Below are positions 12,035 to 25,261 of a DNA stretch of 64,000 nt, one piece after another. Both the position numbers and the translations under genes were made by a program. Source of the stretch: Mobula hypostoma (lineage: Eukaryota). Below the pieces are notes generated by a model, which was not told where the DNA came from, ran no database searches, and saw only the letters and a list, made by a program, of their open reading frames with translations. Every line of letters begins with the position of its first letter. Within the stretch, counting starts at the first letter, position 1. The stretch is taken from assembly GCF_963921235.1 (NCBI RefSeq), contig NC_086097.1, positions 68,450,001 to 68,514,000 of the forward strand, written 5' to 3'.

Positions 12035-13935
12035 GACCTCCAGATGACACCTGCAAGAAGTACATCCATTGCAGCTTCTAACAGACCATGTTAGAGAACT
12101 GGAGCTGGAGCTGAATGAACTCTGAACCATTCAGCGGGCTGAGTGGTTTACTGGCAGACGATATAGGGAGTAGTTATGCCTAAGGTGCAGGATATACTGT
12201 AGGTAAACTGGATAGGCAGCTAGTGCAGGGCACCCCTGTGACTATTTCCCTCAATAACAGATATACCACTTTGCATACTGTTGGGGGAGGTGAGGGTGCA
12301 AATGACTTAGCAGAAGAAAACCACAGCGGTCAGATCTCTGGCACTAACTCTGATTCTGTGGCTGAAGGAAAAGAGGGAGAAGACGCGAGCTGTAGTGATA
12401 GGAGATTCAATGACTAGTTGAATAGACAGGGCGTTCTGTGGATGAGAATGAGATTCCCGGATGGTACGCTGCATTCACAGTACCAGGGTCAGGGACATCT
12501 CAGATCAAGTCCATAGCATTCTTAAGGAGGAGGGTGAGCAGCCAGAGGTCGTGGTTCACAATGGTAACAATGACATAGGCAGGAAGGGTGACAAGGTCCT
12601 GCAACATGAGTTCAGGGAGTTAGGTGATAAGTTAAAGGAATAGACAGCCAGGATTCTGATCTCAGGCTTGCTATCGGTAACCGTGTGTTAGTGAGGCCAG
12701 ATACAGAAAGATAATACAGTTTAACACGTGACTAAGGAGATGGTGTAGGAGGGAGTGCCTCATATTTTTGGATCACTTCCAGGGAAGGTGGGGAAGGTGG
12801 GATCTGTACAGACAGGATTGTTTTCACCTGAACTGGAGAAGGACTAATATCCTTGCAGGAAGATTTGCTAGTGCTACAGCTTGTGAGGCTGGGGTTAAAC
12901 TAGAGCTGCAGGGGGATGAGAACCAGTGTACCTATGCAGATAGTGGAATGATTGTGGGGAAAGATGTTGTTGAGCTTACATACAAAGACAGGAATTGAAA
13001 GTTTGAGCATGGTGGGAATAATGTTCTAGGTTGTGTCATTTTCAATGCAATAAGTATTTTAGGAAAGGTGAATAAGCTTAGATAGATAAGTATGGATCAG
13101 CATGAGGAATTATAACATTATAACCATTAGTAAGACTTAGTTGCAGAGGGGGTAGGAATGGCAGGACTGGCAGCTCAATGTTCTGGGATTCCGTTGTTTT
13201 GGACAAGATAGAGCGGGGCAGATTAAAGGGGGAAGAGTGGCATTACTTGTAAAGGAAAACATCACAGTAGTGCTCAGACAAGACAGACTGAAGAGCTTGT
13301 CCACTGAGGCTATATGGGTGGAACTGAAGAATATGAAAGAGATGACCATGTGGATAGAATTATATTGTGGACCATCACTCATCAGCAGGATTTAGAGGAG
13401 CAAATTTGTAGAGAGATTGCAAGCTGTTGCAAGCAATATAAAGTTGTTATAGTACGTGATTTTAACTTTCCATATTGACTGGGACTCCCATACTGTAAAA
13501 GGGCTGGATGGGATGATTTGTGAAATGTGTTCAGGAAAGTTTCCTTAATCTGTACATAGAAGTCCCAACTAGAGAGAGCGTGTTACTAGATCTCCTATTA
13601 TGGAATGAGACAGGGTAGGTGATAGATGTTTTGGGTAGGGGAACACTTTGGATCTAGTGGTCATAATCCTATTTCAAGATAATTATAGAGAAGGATAGGA
13701 CAGGCCTGGCTCTCAGGTTGAGATTCTGAATTGGTGAAAAGCCAATTTTGATGGTATTAGAAAGGATCTGGCAAGTGTGGATTGGGACAGTTTTTTCCCC
13801 CCCTGGCAAAGGTGTGCTTGTTAAGTGGGAGGCCTTCAAAAGTGAAATTTTGAGAGTACAGAATTTGTACGTCCCTGTCAGAATGAAGGGCAAGGCTAAA
13901 AGTTTTAGGGAACCTTAGTTTTCAAGAGATATTTA
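12035..13935 (+). mobile_element. CR1 LINE 5' portion: ORF1 (SGNH esterase-like) and ORF2 endonuclease, decayed
   Basis: VRELELEL coiled coil; LNNRY; IGDSM and EVVVH.G.NDIG SGNH blocks (ORF 12461); DCFHLN (12768); followed by endonuclease motifs. Confidence 0.85.
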
Positions 13936-14854
13936 AATATCTCAAGTTACCTTTTACTTGAGGTGACTTTCTCTCAAAGTGGTAGAATTCTAGGTACAAT
14001 TTGAGCACGAACACCTGGGCTCCATAATCAATATATTCAACATAAACTGAGTCAGTTGCAAAAACATGAAGCTGAAGTTAAAGTCACAGAGTTATCCAGC
14101 ATAAATATAAGCTCTTGAGCTCACCAGTTCTATGGCCAATCTCCCTGCTCATCTATAATTTTACATTTATCTGTATAAAGATCATATCCTTCCTGTATTG
14201 TCTATTTAAATATTTGTCTTATTGTTTCTCAAATGTAGTTATCATATCTGATTCCATGGCCTCCTCTGGCAGCATATTCCAGGCATCAACCCTTCCCTCG
14301 GCATGAAAGAACTTACCTCTCAGATCCATTTTAAAACTCCATCCTCTCCCTTTAAACTTATGTGTTCTCATTTGTGATACCCATCATGTTTAGAATGGCT
14401 TGGATAAATGAGCTAAGGGATAGATATGTAAATAATCTATTCAGGTAATTCTCAGTGGAATATTATTCCAATTAGAGAGAACTATTCCATAAAAAGTTGA
14501 AGCACATTAATGACCTAGAGGAGGAAGCTGAATGTAACATATTATGTTTGCCAATAATACAAAATTAGATGGGCAGATCCAGTTGTGATGAAAACATTTG
14601 GAATCCACAAGATATAATTAAATTAAGTGAAATCCTGACAAACAGAATTTAATGTAGGCAACTGCAAAGTCATGCACTTTAAGAGGAATCTATAACTTGA
14701 CTTTTAGCTTTATATTTATACTTTTTTGTAAATGGAGAATATTTTTAGATGAACAAAGCAGAGAGTGATCTGAATATTACGCATGAATTGTAGAAAGCTA
14801 GCAAGCAAGTGGCAATGAAGGTAAAGAGCATACTGGTCTTTATTACAAGAGGAG

Positions 14855-16213
14855 ACACTGAAGAGTGCAGTCGCTGGTACCTGGAGCAACACACCACACA
14901 AAAAGCTGGAGGAACTTGGCAGGTCAGGCAGCATCTATGAAGGGAAAGGGATATTTATATTTCAGATATCGATGCTCAAAACTGAAAGGTAAAGGGAATA
15001 TTGCCAGGACAAAAAGGTAAAAGTGCCTGGGGAGAGGGAGTGGACCAGGTATTTAAGGAGAGAGTGTAAAGTTCCCTGTGGAAAGTGGAAAGGGGAGGAG
15101 AGGAGAAGATGTGGCTGGTGCTGGGATTTTGCTGTAGCCGGCCGGAGGACTGAAAAATGATATGCTGGATGCAAAGACTGGTGGGGTGCTAGGTGAGGGC
15201 TAGAACTTTATTCCTGCTCTCTCAATGAGTGTGGGGTAAGTGCAGTAGTGTGAGAACTCTACCCACCCTCTCCATCTGTTCATTACCCACATTCTCTGAG
15301 CAATGGTTCCACTCCCACAGTCTTCCCTTTGCCCTCCGCACCTCACTCTCCTTATTCTGAACACCACCTTATCAGATTGCATCACCTTCAGCCCCTTGTC
15401 AGTTCCACCTATCATCTCAAACACGAGGAAATCTGCAGATGCTGGAATTTCAAGCAACACACATCAAAGTTGCTGGTGAATGCAGCAGGCCAAGCAGCAT
15501 CTCTAGGAAGAGGTACAGTCGACGTCTCGGGCCAAGACCCTTTGTCAGGACTAACTAAAAGAAGAGCTAGTAAGAGATTTGAAAGTGGGAGGGGGAGATC
15601 CGAGATGATAGGAGAAGACAGGAGGGGGAGGGATGGAGCCAAGAGCTGGACAGGTGATTGGCAAAAGGGATATGAGAGGATCATGGGACAGGAGGCCGAG
15701 GGAGAAAGAAAAGGGAGAGGGGGGAACCCAGAGGGTGGGCAAGGGGTATAGTCAGAGGGACAGAGGGAGAAAAAGGAGAGTGAGAGAAAGAATGTGTGTA
15801 TATAAATAAATAACGGATGGGGTACGAGAGGGAAGTGGGGCATAGTTAGTCCTGACAAAGGGTCTTGGCCCGAAATGTCGAATGTACCTCTTCCTAGAAA
15901 TGCTGCCTGGCCTGCTGCGTTCACCAGCAACTTCTATCTGTGTTGCCACCTATCATCTACCAGCTTCTGATGCAACTTCCACTCTCCCTTCCACCGTCTA
16001 CTTATCGCCCCTCTCCTCCCCCATCCCACCTCACCAGGAAATACTTATCATCTGTCAGCTCTTGCTTCACCCCTTCCTTCCACCATTTCAAACTGGCTAT
16101 CTGCCTTCTGTCTTACAGCCCAGATGAAGGGTCTCCACCCAAAACATTAATTGTCCATTTTCCTCCATAGATGTTGCCTGACTCACTGTGTTCCTCCAGT
16201 TTCTTTGTGTGTT
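14855..16213. mobile_element. Old Penelope-like element with inverted terminal repeats
   Basis: gctggaggaact..gcaggtcaggcagcatct at ~14905-14940 and its reverse complement at ~16165-16205; EHHLIRL remnant; degenerate hammerhead at ~16116-16155. Confidence 0.65.
15418..15945 (-). mobile_element. Young Penelope-like insertion with 5' inverted repeat
   Basis: 13-bp TSD ccacctatcatct (15405-15417, 15946-15958); ~100-bp inverted arms sharing the variant ctgacaaagggtcttggccc. Confidence 0.9.
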
Positions 16214-16763
16214 CACAGGAGGGTTAGAGTTTGGAATTAGGTAAGAATTATCACAATTATTTATGGTATTGGTCAGACCACTCCTGAAGTACTGTCCATA
16301 ATTCTGGTCTCACTACTTAAGATAAAAAAAAAGCACTGGAGGCAGCTCTAAGCTTAACTCAGGATGAGGGAGTAGTTCTATTCCAAACAGTTAAAAACCT
16401 CTCCTCAAAGGTGGCGGTGAACCTCTGATTCTGTATCTCACATTGTTGTGGAAGCTAGATCACTGGATTTATTCTGAGAGGTGGTAAATAGGCTTTCAAA
16501 GATCAAAGGACTATGAAGAATAGGTATAGAAGAAGAGATGAGGCTTGGGGCAGATCAGCCAAACTCATGTTAAATGCTTGAGAAGGCTTGAGGAGTTGAG
16601 CCTTCTCGTCATGCTTCTATTAATATATGCCCACAAATTCCCTGAGATAGTAGGACAGGGACATGTTGTGATTAAGAAAACATACAGATTATTTGCTTTC
16701 ATCAGGCAAGGCATAGATAATCATAGGCTAGGGAATCCAAGTTTCATTGGGGGTCTTGCATTT

Positions 16764-17238
16764 TAGAAACATAGAAACATAGAAAGCCTACAGCACAATA
16801 CAGGCCCTTCAGCCCACAAAGCTGTGCCGAACATGTCCTTACTTGAGAAATTACCTAGGGTTACCCACAGCCCTCTATTTTCTGACCTCCATGTACCTGT
16901 CCAGGAGTCCCTTAAAAGACCCTATCGTATCCGCCTCCACCACTGTCACCAGCAGCCACCACTCTCTGCATAAAAAACTTACCCCTGACATCTCCTCTGT
17001 ACCTACTTCCAAGCACCCTAAAACTGTGCCCCCTTGAGCCAGCCATTTCAGCCCTGGGAAAAAGCCTCTGACTATCCACATGATCAATGCCTCTCATTAT
17101 CTTATACACCTCTATCAGGTCACCTCTCATCTTCCATTGCTCCAAGGAAAAAAGGCCGAGTTCACTCAACCTATTCTCATAAGGCATGCTACCCAATCCA
17201 GGCAACGTCCTTGTAAATCTCCTCTGCACCCTTTCTAT
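16764..17238 (-). mobile_element. CR1 LINE 3' end
   Basis: ORF 16912-17229 QRRFTR.LPG..LGLFSLE..RGDLIEVYKI; (ATAGAAAC)n tail. Confidence 0.9.
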
Positions 17239-17599
17239 GGAGATTTTATCAAGAAAGCTTTGAAATCATCCTTGAATCTTTTCACCTTCCAATAACCCCC
17301 TCCCTGCGACTGTGTTCTGTGTAGGGCTTGTTTCACTGGTCTGGTGTTATACATGTGAACAATATAGCCTGCTTAGTAGAGCTGAATGAGCATAATCAGG
17401 GCCTCAGTACCAAGTTATTGGCTTGAAATAAAAACTTAACACGTTTTCAAGTCTTACCTGTGGATTTTATAGAGACAATGTTGGTGGTATCTATGAAGTA
17501 CCTGCTACAAATAGTCCAAGTCTCAGAAACTGATTAGAGTGCAGAGATCATTGCTGTTTACAGATTATGAATTTAGTGCCAATATAATGCTTTGATTTT

Positions 17600-18550
17600 C
17601 CTTAATAATCCAAAGACCATGCTGGCATCTTGATGATAGGGAATTTCACCATCAATGTCTGTCATTGACAAAAACTCAGGATGAGAGAAAAAAATCTTTT
17701 CTAGGATCTCATTATGTACTTTAATGGTCAGATTAGAGTATCATACAGCAGGTATGGATTGATAAAAGACCTTTGCTTTGCTGACATTGATTGTAAGGCC
17801 CATTTACTTGCATGCTTTCATAAACAAATCAATTATGACTTGGAGCTTAGCCTCTGAGTGTATTATTTTTGTACTGCATGATTACAAAGGTTGATGTGAC
17901 CTCAGCTAGTTTCCCATTGATCCTGCCAATCAGCTTCACTCCTGCAAAAATGGTGCAGCGCTGCTGTGAAACAGATATTTTAAAAAAGATAAGGCAATGG
18001 CATGGCTTGGTTGACATCAGCTTATTTCTATTGTGGACTCCTTGGTTAAGATCATGAAGCAAATATAACCTCAAAACAAATTTCTGTGAGCGAATAGGTT
18101 GCTTGACTTAAGTTCCTGGAGTAAACCAATTTTGTGAGGTCAATAAAGGTAGATGCTACTCCCTGCAGTCCTCTTGGATTGCATGCCGTTAGGTTCATGT
18201 CCACTGTGCTTCTAGATCTGGGGTTCCCAACCTGGAGTCCACAAGCCCCTCAGCTAATGATAAGGGTGCATGGCTTTAAAAAGGATGGGAACCCCTGCTG
18301 GATGGACAGAATCAACTTTGTAGTTTGGTGAGTATTTTTCTGGCCACGGGAAGGAGATGGTTAAGGAGAAACTGACAATGATTTTCCCCTGTGGCTAACA
18401 GCAGGGAGACCTCTCTGTTGTTACCTCAGTTAGATTCATCTCCTTTCTTGAAGAGAGTCATAATTACAACATCTTTGATGTTCCCTGATGTATCCACTTT
18501 CCTGATGCGCACGATGAGGTTGTGGATACTGGATTAAAGATCTTCCAAGT
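17600..18550 (-). mobile_element. Ancient RTE (BovB-like) RT fragment
   Basis: Minus strand: DVVIMTLFKKGDESN*GNNREVSLL (~18400-18475), decayed GVKQG-like motif (~18000-18020), AGVKLIGRINGKL (ORF 17847). Confidence 0.65.
18218..18297. mobile_element. 80-bp hAT/Charlie-type MITE
   Basis: Imperfect TIRs ctggggttcccaacct / aggatgggaacccctg; TSD unclear. Confidence 0.65.
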
Positions 18551-18983
18551 GCATAGAGTTTTAGATTCTACAGGACAGAAACAGGCCCTTCTGCTGACCA
18601 TAAACATGCTGCCTATTGCAGCGATCTACTCTCAACCTAATTTCACAAGTTTAAGAGCTTCGGCAAAGAAACAGTCTTTCCAAAATCATGATATTTTTTA
18701 ACATAAAGGTCTCATTTTAAAGGCCTTTTAAATATCTTGTCAGTTGGGAGTAGTTCAAGACAAGAGTGAGAAGGGTGCTGTAGAATGGAGTTCCCAGCCA
18801 TTTTTATGCCATGGACCACAAGTTGTGAACACCCTCAAAGACACAGTCACAGTTAAGGAAGTCTGCAAAATGTCTTTCCAAGGCATTGACTGCATCTCAG
18901 TCATTGACAAGTTATCACTGTTTCAGTCTCCCGTAAGTATTCACCCCCTTTAATATGGCACACTAAATCATCACTCATGCAGC

Positions 18984-19167
18984 TAGAAACAAGAGAAAAT
19001 CTGCAGATGCTGGAGATCTGCATGAGGGTCGATTAATATGAGATTTAGCTGGAGATGCTGGAAATCCAAGCAACACACACAAAATGCTGGAGGAACTCAG
19101 CAGGCCAAGCAGTACCTATGGAAAAGATCACAGTCGATGTTTTGGGTTGAGACCCTTCAGCAGGACT
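18984..19167 (-). mobile_element. Solo Penelope-like terminal repeat
   Basis: Standard repeat body; TSD-like actcatgcagc (18973-18983) / actcgtgcagc (19165-19175); degenerate hammerhead at ~19131-19167. Confidence 0.8.
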
Positions 19168-19242
19168 CGTGCAGCCAACTGGTTTTAGAAGACACTTAAT
19201 CAGTTAAATGGAAATCTGTTTCTGGAGACCTGTGTGCATTCA

Positions 19243-20256
19243 TAGAAACATAGAAACATAGAAAATAGGTGCAGAAGTAGGCCATTCGGCCCTTCGAGCC
19301 TGCACCGCCATTCAGTATGATCATGGCTGATCATCCAACTCAGAACCCTGCCCCAGCCTTCCCTCCATACCCCCTGATCCCTGTAGCCACAAGGGCCTTA
19401 TCTAACTCCCTCTTAAATATAGCCAATGAACTGGCCTCAACTGTTTCCTGTGGCAGAGAATTCCACAGATTCACCACTCTCTGCGTGAAGAAGTTTTTCC
19501 TAATCTCAGTCCTAAAAGGCTTCCCCTTTATCCTCAAACTGTGACCCCTCGTTCTGGACTTCCCCAACATCGGGAACAATCTTCCTGCATCTAGCCTGTC
19601 CAATCCCTTTAGGATTTTATACGTTTCAATCAGATCCCCCCTCAATCTTCTAAATTCCAACGAGTACAAGCCCAGTTCATCCAGTCTTTCTTCATATGAA
19701 AGTCCTGCCATCCCAGGAATCAATCTGGTGAACCTTCTTTGTACTCCCTCTATGGCAAGGATGTCTTTCCTCAGATTAGGGGACCAAAACTGCACACAAT
19801 ACTCCAGGTGTGGTCTCACCAAGGCCTTGTACAACTGCAGTAGTACCTCCCTGCTCCTGTACTCGAATCCTCTCGCTATAAATGCCAGCATGCCATTCGC
19901 CTTTTTCACCGCCTGCTGTACCTGCATGCCCACTTTCAATGACTGGTGTATAATGACACCCAGGTCTCGTTGCACCTCCCCTTTTCCTAATCGGCCACCA
20001 TTCAGATAATAATCTGTTTTCCTATTTTTGCCACCAAAGTGGATAACTTCACATTTATCCACATTAAATTGCATCTGCCATGAATTTGCCCACTCACCCA
20101 ACCTATCCAAGTCACCCTGCATCCTCTTAGCATCTTCCTCACAGCTAACACTGCCGCCCAGCTTTGTGTCATCCGCAAACTTGGAGATGCTGCATTTAAT
20201 TCCCTCATCCAAGTCATTAATATATATTGTAAACAACTGGGGTCCCAACACTGAGC
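19243..20256 (-). mobile_element. Very young 5'-truncated CR1 LINE with uninterrupted RT C-terminal ORF
   Basis: ORF 19340-20263 (307 aa, no stops): GSVLGP.LF.IYINDLD, KFADDTKL, RPHLEYCVQFWSP; 6-bp TSD cattca (19237-19242, 20257-20262); (ATAGAAAC)n tail. Confidence 0.95.
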
Positions 20257-21947
20257 CATTCAAGGTACTTCAACTGATTGTAGTAAAAATACACCTGTAT
20301 CTGGAAGGTCCAACTGCTGGTGAGTCAGTATCCTGGCAAAAAGTACACCATGAAGAGAAAAGAACACTCCAAGCAACTCTGTGAAAAGGTTAATGTAAAG
20401 CACATGTCAGGAGATGGAGACAAGAAAATTTCCAAGTCACTGATTATCACTAGGAGTACAGTTAAGTCAATCATCAAGAAATGGAAAGAATATGGCACAG
20501 CTGTAAGTTTGCCTAGAGCAGGCCGTCTTCAAAAATTGAGTGACCATGCAAGAAGGGGTCTAGTGAGGGAGGCCATCAAGAGACCTATAACAGCTTCAGT
20601 GGCTGAGGTGGGAGAGACTGCACATAAAACAACTGTTGCCCAGGTGCTTCACCAGTAGTAGCTTTATAGGAAAGTGGTGAAGACAAAGCCACTGATGAAA
20701 AAAACTCACATGAAATCTCAGTTAGAATTTGCCAGAAGGCATGTGGGAGACTCTGAAGTCAACTGGAAGATGGTTCTAGGGATTGATGAAACCAAGATTG
20801 AGCTTTCTGGCCATCCAACTAAATACTACCAGACATCATCAAAAACACAGCATCCCTACCGTGAAGCATGATGGTGGCTGCATCATGCTGTGGGGATGCT
20901 TCACTGCAGCAGACCCTGGAAGGCTTGTGAAGGTAGAGGATAAAATGAATGCAGCAAAATACAGGGAAATCCTAGAGGAAAACCTGATTCAGTCTGCAAG
21001 AGAACTGCAACTTGGGAGAAGGTTTATTTTCCAGCAAGACAATGACCCCAAGCATAAAGCTAAAGCTACACAGGAATGGCTTAAATCAACAAAGTTGATG
21101 TCCTAGAGTGCCCAAGTCGAGGACCAAACCTCAATCCAATTGAGAATTTGCAGTTGAACTTGAAAAGGGTTGTTAATTCACAATCCCCATGCAATCTGAC
21201 AGAGCTTGAGCAGTTTTATAAAGCAGAATGGGGAAAAATTGCAGTGCCCAGATGTGGAAAGCTGATAGAGAGCTATCCACACAGACTCAAGGCTGTAATT
21301 GCTGCCACAGGTGCATCTACTAAATACTGATTTGCAGGAGGGGAGTAATTATGCAATTATTTTGTGTTTAATAATTGTTATAAATTTAGACCAATTTGTA
21401 GAATTTGTTTTCACTTTGACACTACAGCGTCTTTTCTGTTGATTAGTGTCAAAAAAGTCAAATTAAATCTTCTGTGATTCAATATTATAAATTAATAGAA
21501 CATGAAAACTTCCAAGGGGAGTGATCATTTTTTATAGGCACTGTATACAGACAGCCACTGCATTCAATAGGAGTTCTGGTCCATAAAAACTGTCCATAGA
21601 CAGATTTTTCTGTTAAGTTAGAAACAAACACTTTAAATGAGGGTCGATTAATATGAGAATTTATTTATTGTCTTCTTCTATGGTGTTACAATGATACTGA
21701 ATCAAAAAGTCCCACATTCGGTGGTTGGTTTCATTATTTTTAAAGTATCAAATGTTGGTACATATTTGGAAAAGTATTTTACAAATGTCAACGGAAGACT
21801 ATTTATATATTATCGATAATATTTATTTAAGTTCACATTTATCCCATGCTTGCTATCTACAAATACTCTACATTACTATGTATGACTAATGTTGTGTATT
21901 TAATATTTCAGTACCATTTGAGTAACATTGTAAATATATTGTTTGAA

Positions 21948-22350
21948 ACCAGCATCCATTGTATCTAAGACATCTCAAAGAACGGTGCCTTAGGAAGGCG
22001 GCATCCATCATTAAGGATCCCCACCACCCAGAACATGCCCTCTTCTCATTATTACCATCAGAAAGAAGGTACAGAAGCCAGAAGGCACACACTCAGTGAT
22101 TCAGGAACAGCTTCTTTCCCTCTGCCATCCAATTTCTAAATGAACGTTGAACCCATGAACAGTATCTCATTACTTTTTTTATTTGTTACTTTGCACTAGC
22201 TATTTTAACTTAACTATTTGATAAACATACATATATACTTAATGTAACAGTTTTTTCTCTATATTTGTTTATCATGTATTTAATTTTACTGCTGCCATGA
22301 AGTTAACCAATTTTATAACATATGCCGCTGATATGAAATCTGATTCTGAT
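21948..22350 (+). mobile_element. Rex1/Babar 3' fragment inside the Gypsy 5' LTR
   Basis: KAASIIKDPHHP.HALFSLLPS..FRNSFFPSAI; tctgattctga tail. Confidence 0.85.
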
Positions 22351-22951
22351 TAAGCATTCGTTATTTGTTTAAACAATTCATTACGGATTATATGTAATAG
22401 TATGTGAATGGCATAAGTCATCACACCACTACAGCATACATATGTGCCTCACTGAAGTAGAAAAATGGAACTAATCTACATGAGTTATCCCAGCTCCATC
22501 TATTTCTTTTAATTAGTTTAATGTTTTGGAGTTACAAAACATAAGAATGGCAATGAGGAAGCTTTAAACTGCACTGCTCCCTGTTACTATTGGGAATGAG
22601 GAAGTGGATGTGCTGAGAACCTACAGGTACCTGGGGATGCACCTGGATGACAATCTTGAGTGGAACACCAACACAGAGGCTGTGTACAAGAAGGGCCACT
22701 GTCACCTCTGCCTCCTGAGGAAACTGAGATCCTTTGGGGTACATAGGTCTCTCCTTCACATGTTCTACCAGTCTGTTGTCTCCAGTACAATCTTCTATGC
22801 GGTGGTGTGCTGGGGCAATGGCATCAACACGGGTGATGCCAACAGACTCGATAACTGATTAGAAAGGCTGGCTCTGTTATAGGACTTAAACTGGACACTC
22901 TGGAGGCTATGGATTTGAAGGAAAATCCTGGAAATTCTGGACAATATTTCT

Positions 22952-23401
22952 AATTATGAACATTGACTTCTCTAACTTCCACTAATGTCCCACCTCCCCC
23001 TCGTACCCCATCTGTTATTTATATACACACATTCTTTCTCTCACTCTCCCTTTTCTCCCTCTGCCCTCTGACTATACACCTTGCCCTTCCTCTGGGTTTT
23101 CCCCCCCTCCCCCTTTTCCTTCTCCCTGGGCCTTCTGTCCCATGATCCTCTCATATCCCTTTTGCCAATCACCTGTCCAGCTCTTGGCTCCATCCCTCCC
23201 CCTCCTGTCTTCTCCTATCATTTTGGATCTCCCCCTCCCCCTCCCACTTTCAAATCTCTTACTCACTCTTCCTTCAGTTAGTCCTGACGAAGAGTCTCGG
23301 CCTGAAACGTCGACCGTACCTCTTCCTAGAGATGCTGCGTTCACCAGCAACTTGATGTGTGTTGCTTGAATTTCCAGCATCTGCAGAGTTCCTTGTGTTT
23401 G
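22952..23401 (+). mobile_element. Penelope-like 3' fragment
   Basis: Starts with MNIDFSNF (end of the GIY-YIG ORF); 9-bp TSD aatatttct (22943-22951, 23402-23410). Confidence 0.9.
23279..23316 (+). ncRNA. Minimal type I hammerhead ribozyme motif (core intact, stem mismatches)
   Basis: TAGTC-CTGACGA-AGAGTCTCGGCCT-GAAA-CGTC^GACCG. Confidence 0.7.
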
Positions 23402-25261
23402 AATATTTCTCACCCTCTGCGTGCCACCTTGGCTGAACAGAGAAGCACTTTTCGTAATAAACTAAGACAACTGAGCTGCTCCAAAGAGCATTATATTGGG
23501 TCATTCTTACCCTCGGCCAGTAGGCCCTATAATAAGTCAACCTATAGCCAAGGAAGTTATGATTCCCTCCTGTTAGACTGTTTGAGGTAACTTTTTTTTA
23601 TTCTTTCTTACTCCTCTTCTAATATTTGTATATTTGTATATTTGGATATCTGTGCACTTGTAGTGTGACTGTGACACTGTAATTTCCTTTGAGAATAATA
23701 AAGTATTGTCTATCTATCAATCTAAATGAACCCGCGATGTCTAACTACCAGTTGTAATGACATGTTCGAGTTTTTTTAAAAAAAACAGTGCGGCATGTGC
23801 TTCTCCACAAGGGAACAGAGGTGTGGTGTTTGTGGTGTTTAAAAAATAACAAAAAACTGACTAAATTCACAAGTTCATGAACAGTGAGTACAGGTGATAA
23901 TAATCATAAAGTTTTAAAAAAGCAGAAATGGCTGGCTGCATCAGAAAGACAGACAAGTTCAGTGGCTCAAGAGATAACTAGAGTATATATACTGAGTGAA
24001 TTGAGTAGTATTTTGAAGCAAATGGAATAGCCAATGATAAACAAGTACCAGTTTTGCTGAGTGCATTGAGTGGAACAGCATACAGTTTGCTTAGAAGCTT
24101 GACTGCTCCAACCAAACCAGCTGAAATGAACTTTGTTGATATTGTGGAAGTAATGCAGGAACAGTTGGAACCAAAACCATTGTTGATTGCAGAACAGTGG
24201 TTTCATAAGCAGTATCAAAAACAGAGGGAGTCCATTTCAGTGTACAAGCCTAAATTGAAGAGATTGTTTAATTTGGAGAACATTATATGTAAGCATTCAT
24301 AAACTATTCCTAACTGAAGCATAATTTGCATTTAAAAGAGCAATTGAAATTGCTGTATCAGTGGAAACAGCAGACAGGTATGCAGTTGAGTTGCAGTCAG
24401 GAATGAAAGTGAGTGTGAACATAATTGCAACACTTGAACAGAAACCGGCCTGGCGAAAAAATTGTGTTACCATTATGGTAGGAGCTCACATACACCAGAC
24501 CAATGCAAATTTAAAGGTGAAACTTGCAAAAAATGCCACAAAGTAGAACACATACATAGAGCACGTCAGGCAAACAAAAGTAACTGGACTACACAAGGAA
24601 GAGAAAAAAAAGTAAAGATACAGTTTCAAAAAGAGAACTCATCAGCATGCTGTTTAAGAAAAAACCTGATAATGATGAGAGTCACACAGGACTGAGTAGT
24701 CTTGAGATTTATAATGTGAAAACTAATAATAGACAAGCAGTTGGAAGTGAACGGCAAATTCAGTTAAATGGAATGGGACACTGGCTTGGCTGATTCAGTC
24801 ATTTCACAAAATGAGTTTGAACATCATTTCAAAGATATTGAACTGAAGTCTGCAGATGTCTAAGAACATACAGTATACTGGACGAAAAGATAATTCCTGT
24901 GGGAATGATATTTGTAACAGTGAAATACAACAACCAACAAGCCACACCGGACTTGTTTGTATGTGGTAAAAGCAGGAGGGCCAGCATTGTGAGGACATGA
25001 GTGGCTGAGACAACTAAAACTTGATTGGAGATCCATTCAAAATTTGCCACATCCCCTGTAATAGAATAAATTAAACGTGAATTAAGGAAGGTATTGGTTG
25101 ATGCCACAGCAGTGTTGAAGGATGGTATTGGAAAACTCAAACATAGGGTAATGTTAAATGAAAATGGTACACCCAAGCTTTATAAAGCTCATCCTTATAC
25201 CATCCATGATAAAGTAACCAGTGAGATACATCCCATGGAGGCTGAAGGAATTCTTTCCAAG

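Larger units (their letters stand above)
14085..16625. mobile_element. Old CR1 fragments (minus ~14085-14385; plus ~14390-14850 and ~16216-16625) interrupted by Penelope-like elements
   Basis: Decayed INDLEE..FANNTKL, EFNVGNCKVMHF and LVRPLLKYCP.FWS motifs. Confidence 0.6.
18934..21543 (+). mobile_element. Tc1 (IR/DR-type) transposon with decayed transposase; outer left TIR missing; hosts PLE and CR1 insertions
   Basis: Transposase from ATG 20350: KISKSL..STVKSIIKKWKEYG; DETKIEL, KHDGGCIMLWGCF, FQQDNDPKH, NLNPIENL (ORFs 20320, 20674, 20783, 21148); right end ..aggcactg|TA; inner DR aagtattcacccc at ~18935. Confidence 0.92.
22565..23720 (+). mobile_element. Rex1/Babar 3' fragment in the Gypsy leader
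   Basis: ORF 22604 YRYLGMHLDDNLEW..LRKLRSF..FYQSVV; resumes at 23402; tctatcta tail. Confidence 0.85.

Noticed and set aside
12380..12860. SGNH esterase as a captured enzyme gene
   Set aside because: An esterase-like domain is a known part of CR1 ORF1, and this copy is disrupted.
15329..15949. Recurrent overlapping ORFs (also 23072-23413, 35561-36336, 61825-62287) suggesting a small gene family
   Set aside because: They are translations of the non-coding, purine-skewed PLE terminal repeat, open in several frames on both strands.
17458..17501. 44-nt minus-strand exon candidate (cag...CAG|gtaag)
   Set aside because: Good donor but weak polypyrimidine tract, no recognisable peptide and no partner exons.
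17847..18074. Minus ORF with an acceptor-like ttttgcag
   Set aside because: Explained by the decayed RTE RT fragment.
19340..20263. 307-aa ORF as a host gene
   Set aside because: It is a 5'-truncated CR1 ORF2; the TTG start comes from the target-site flank.
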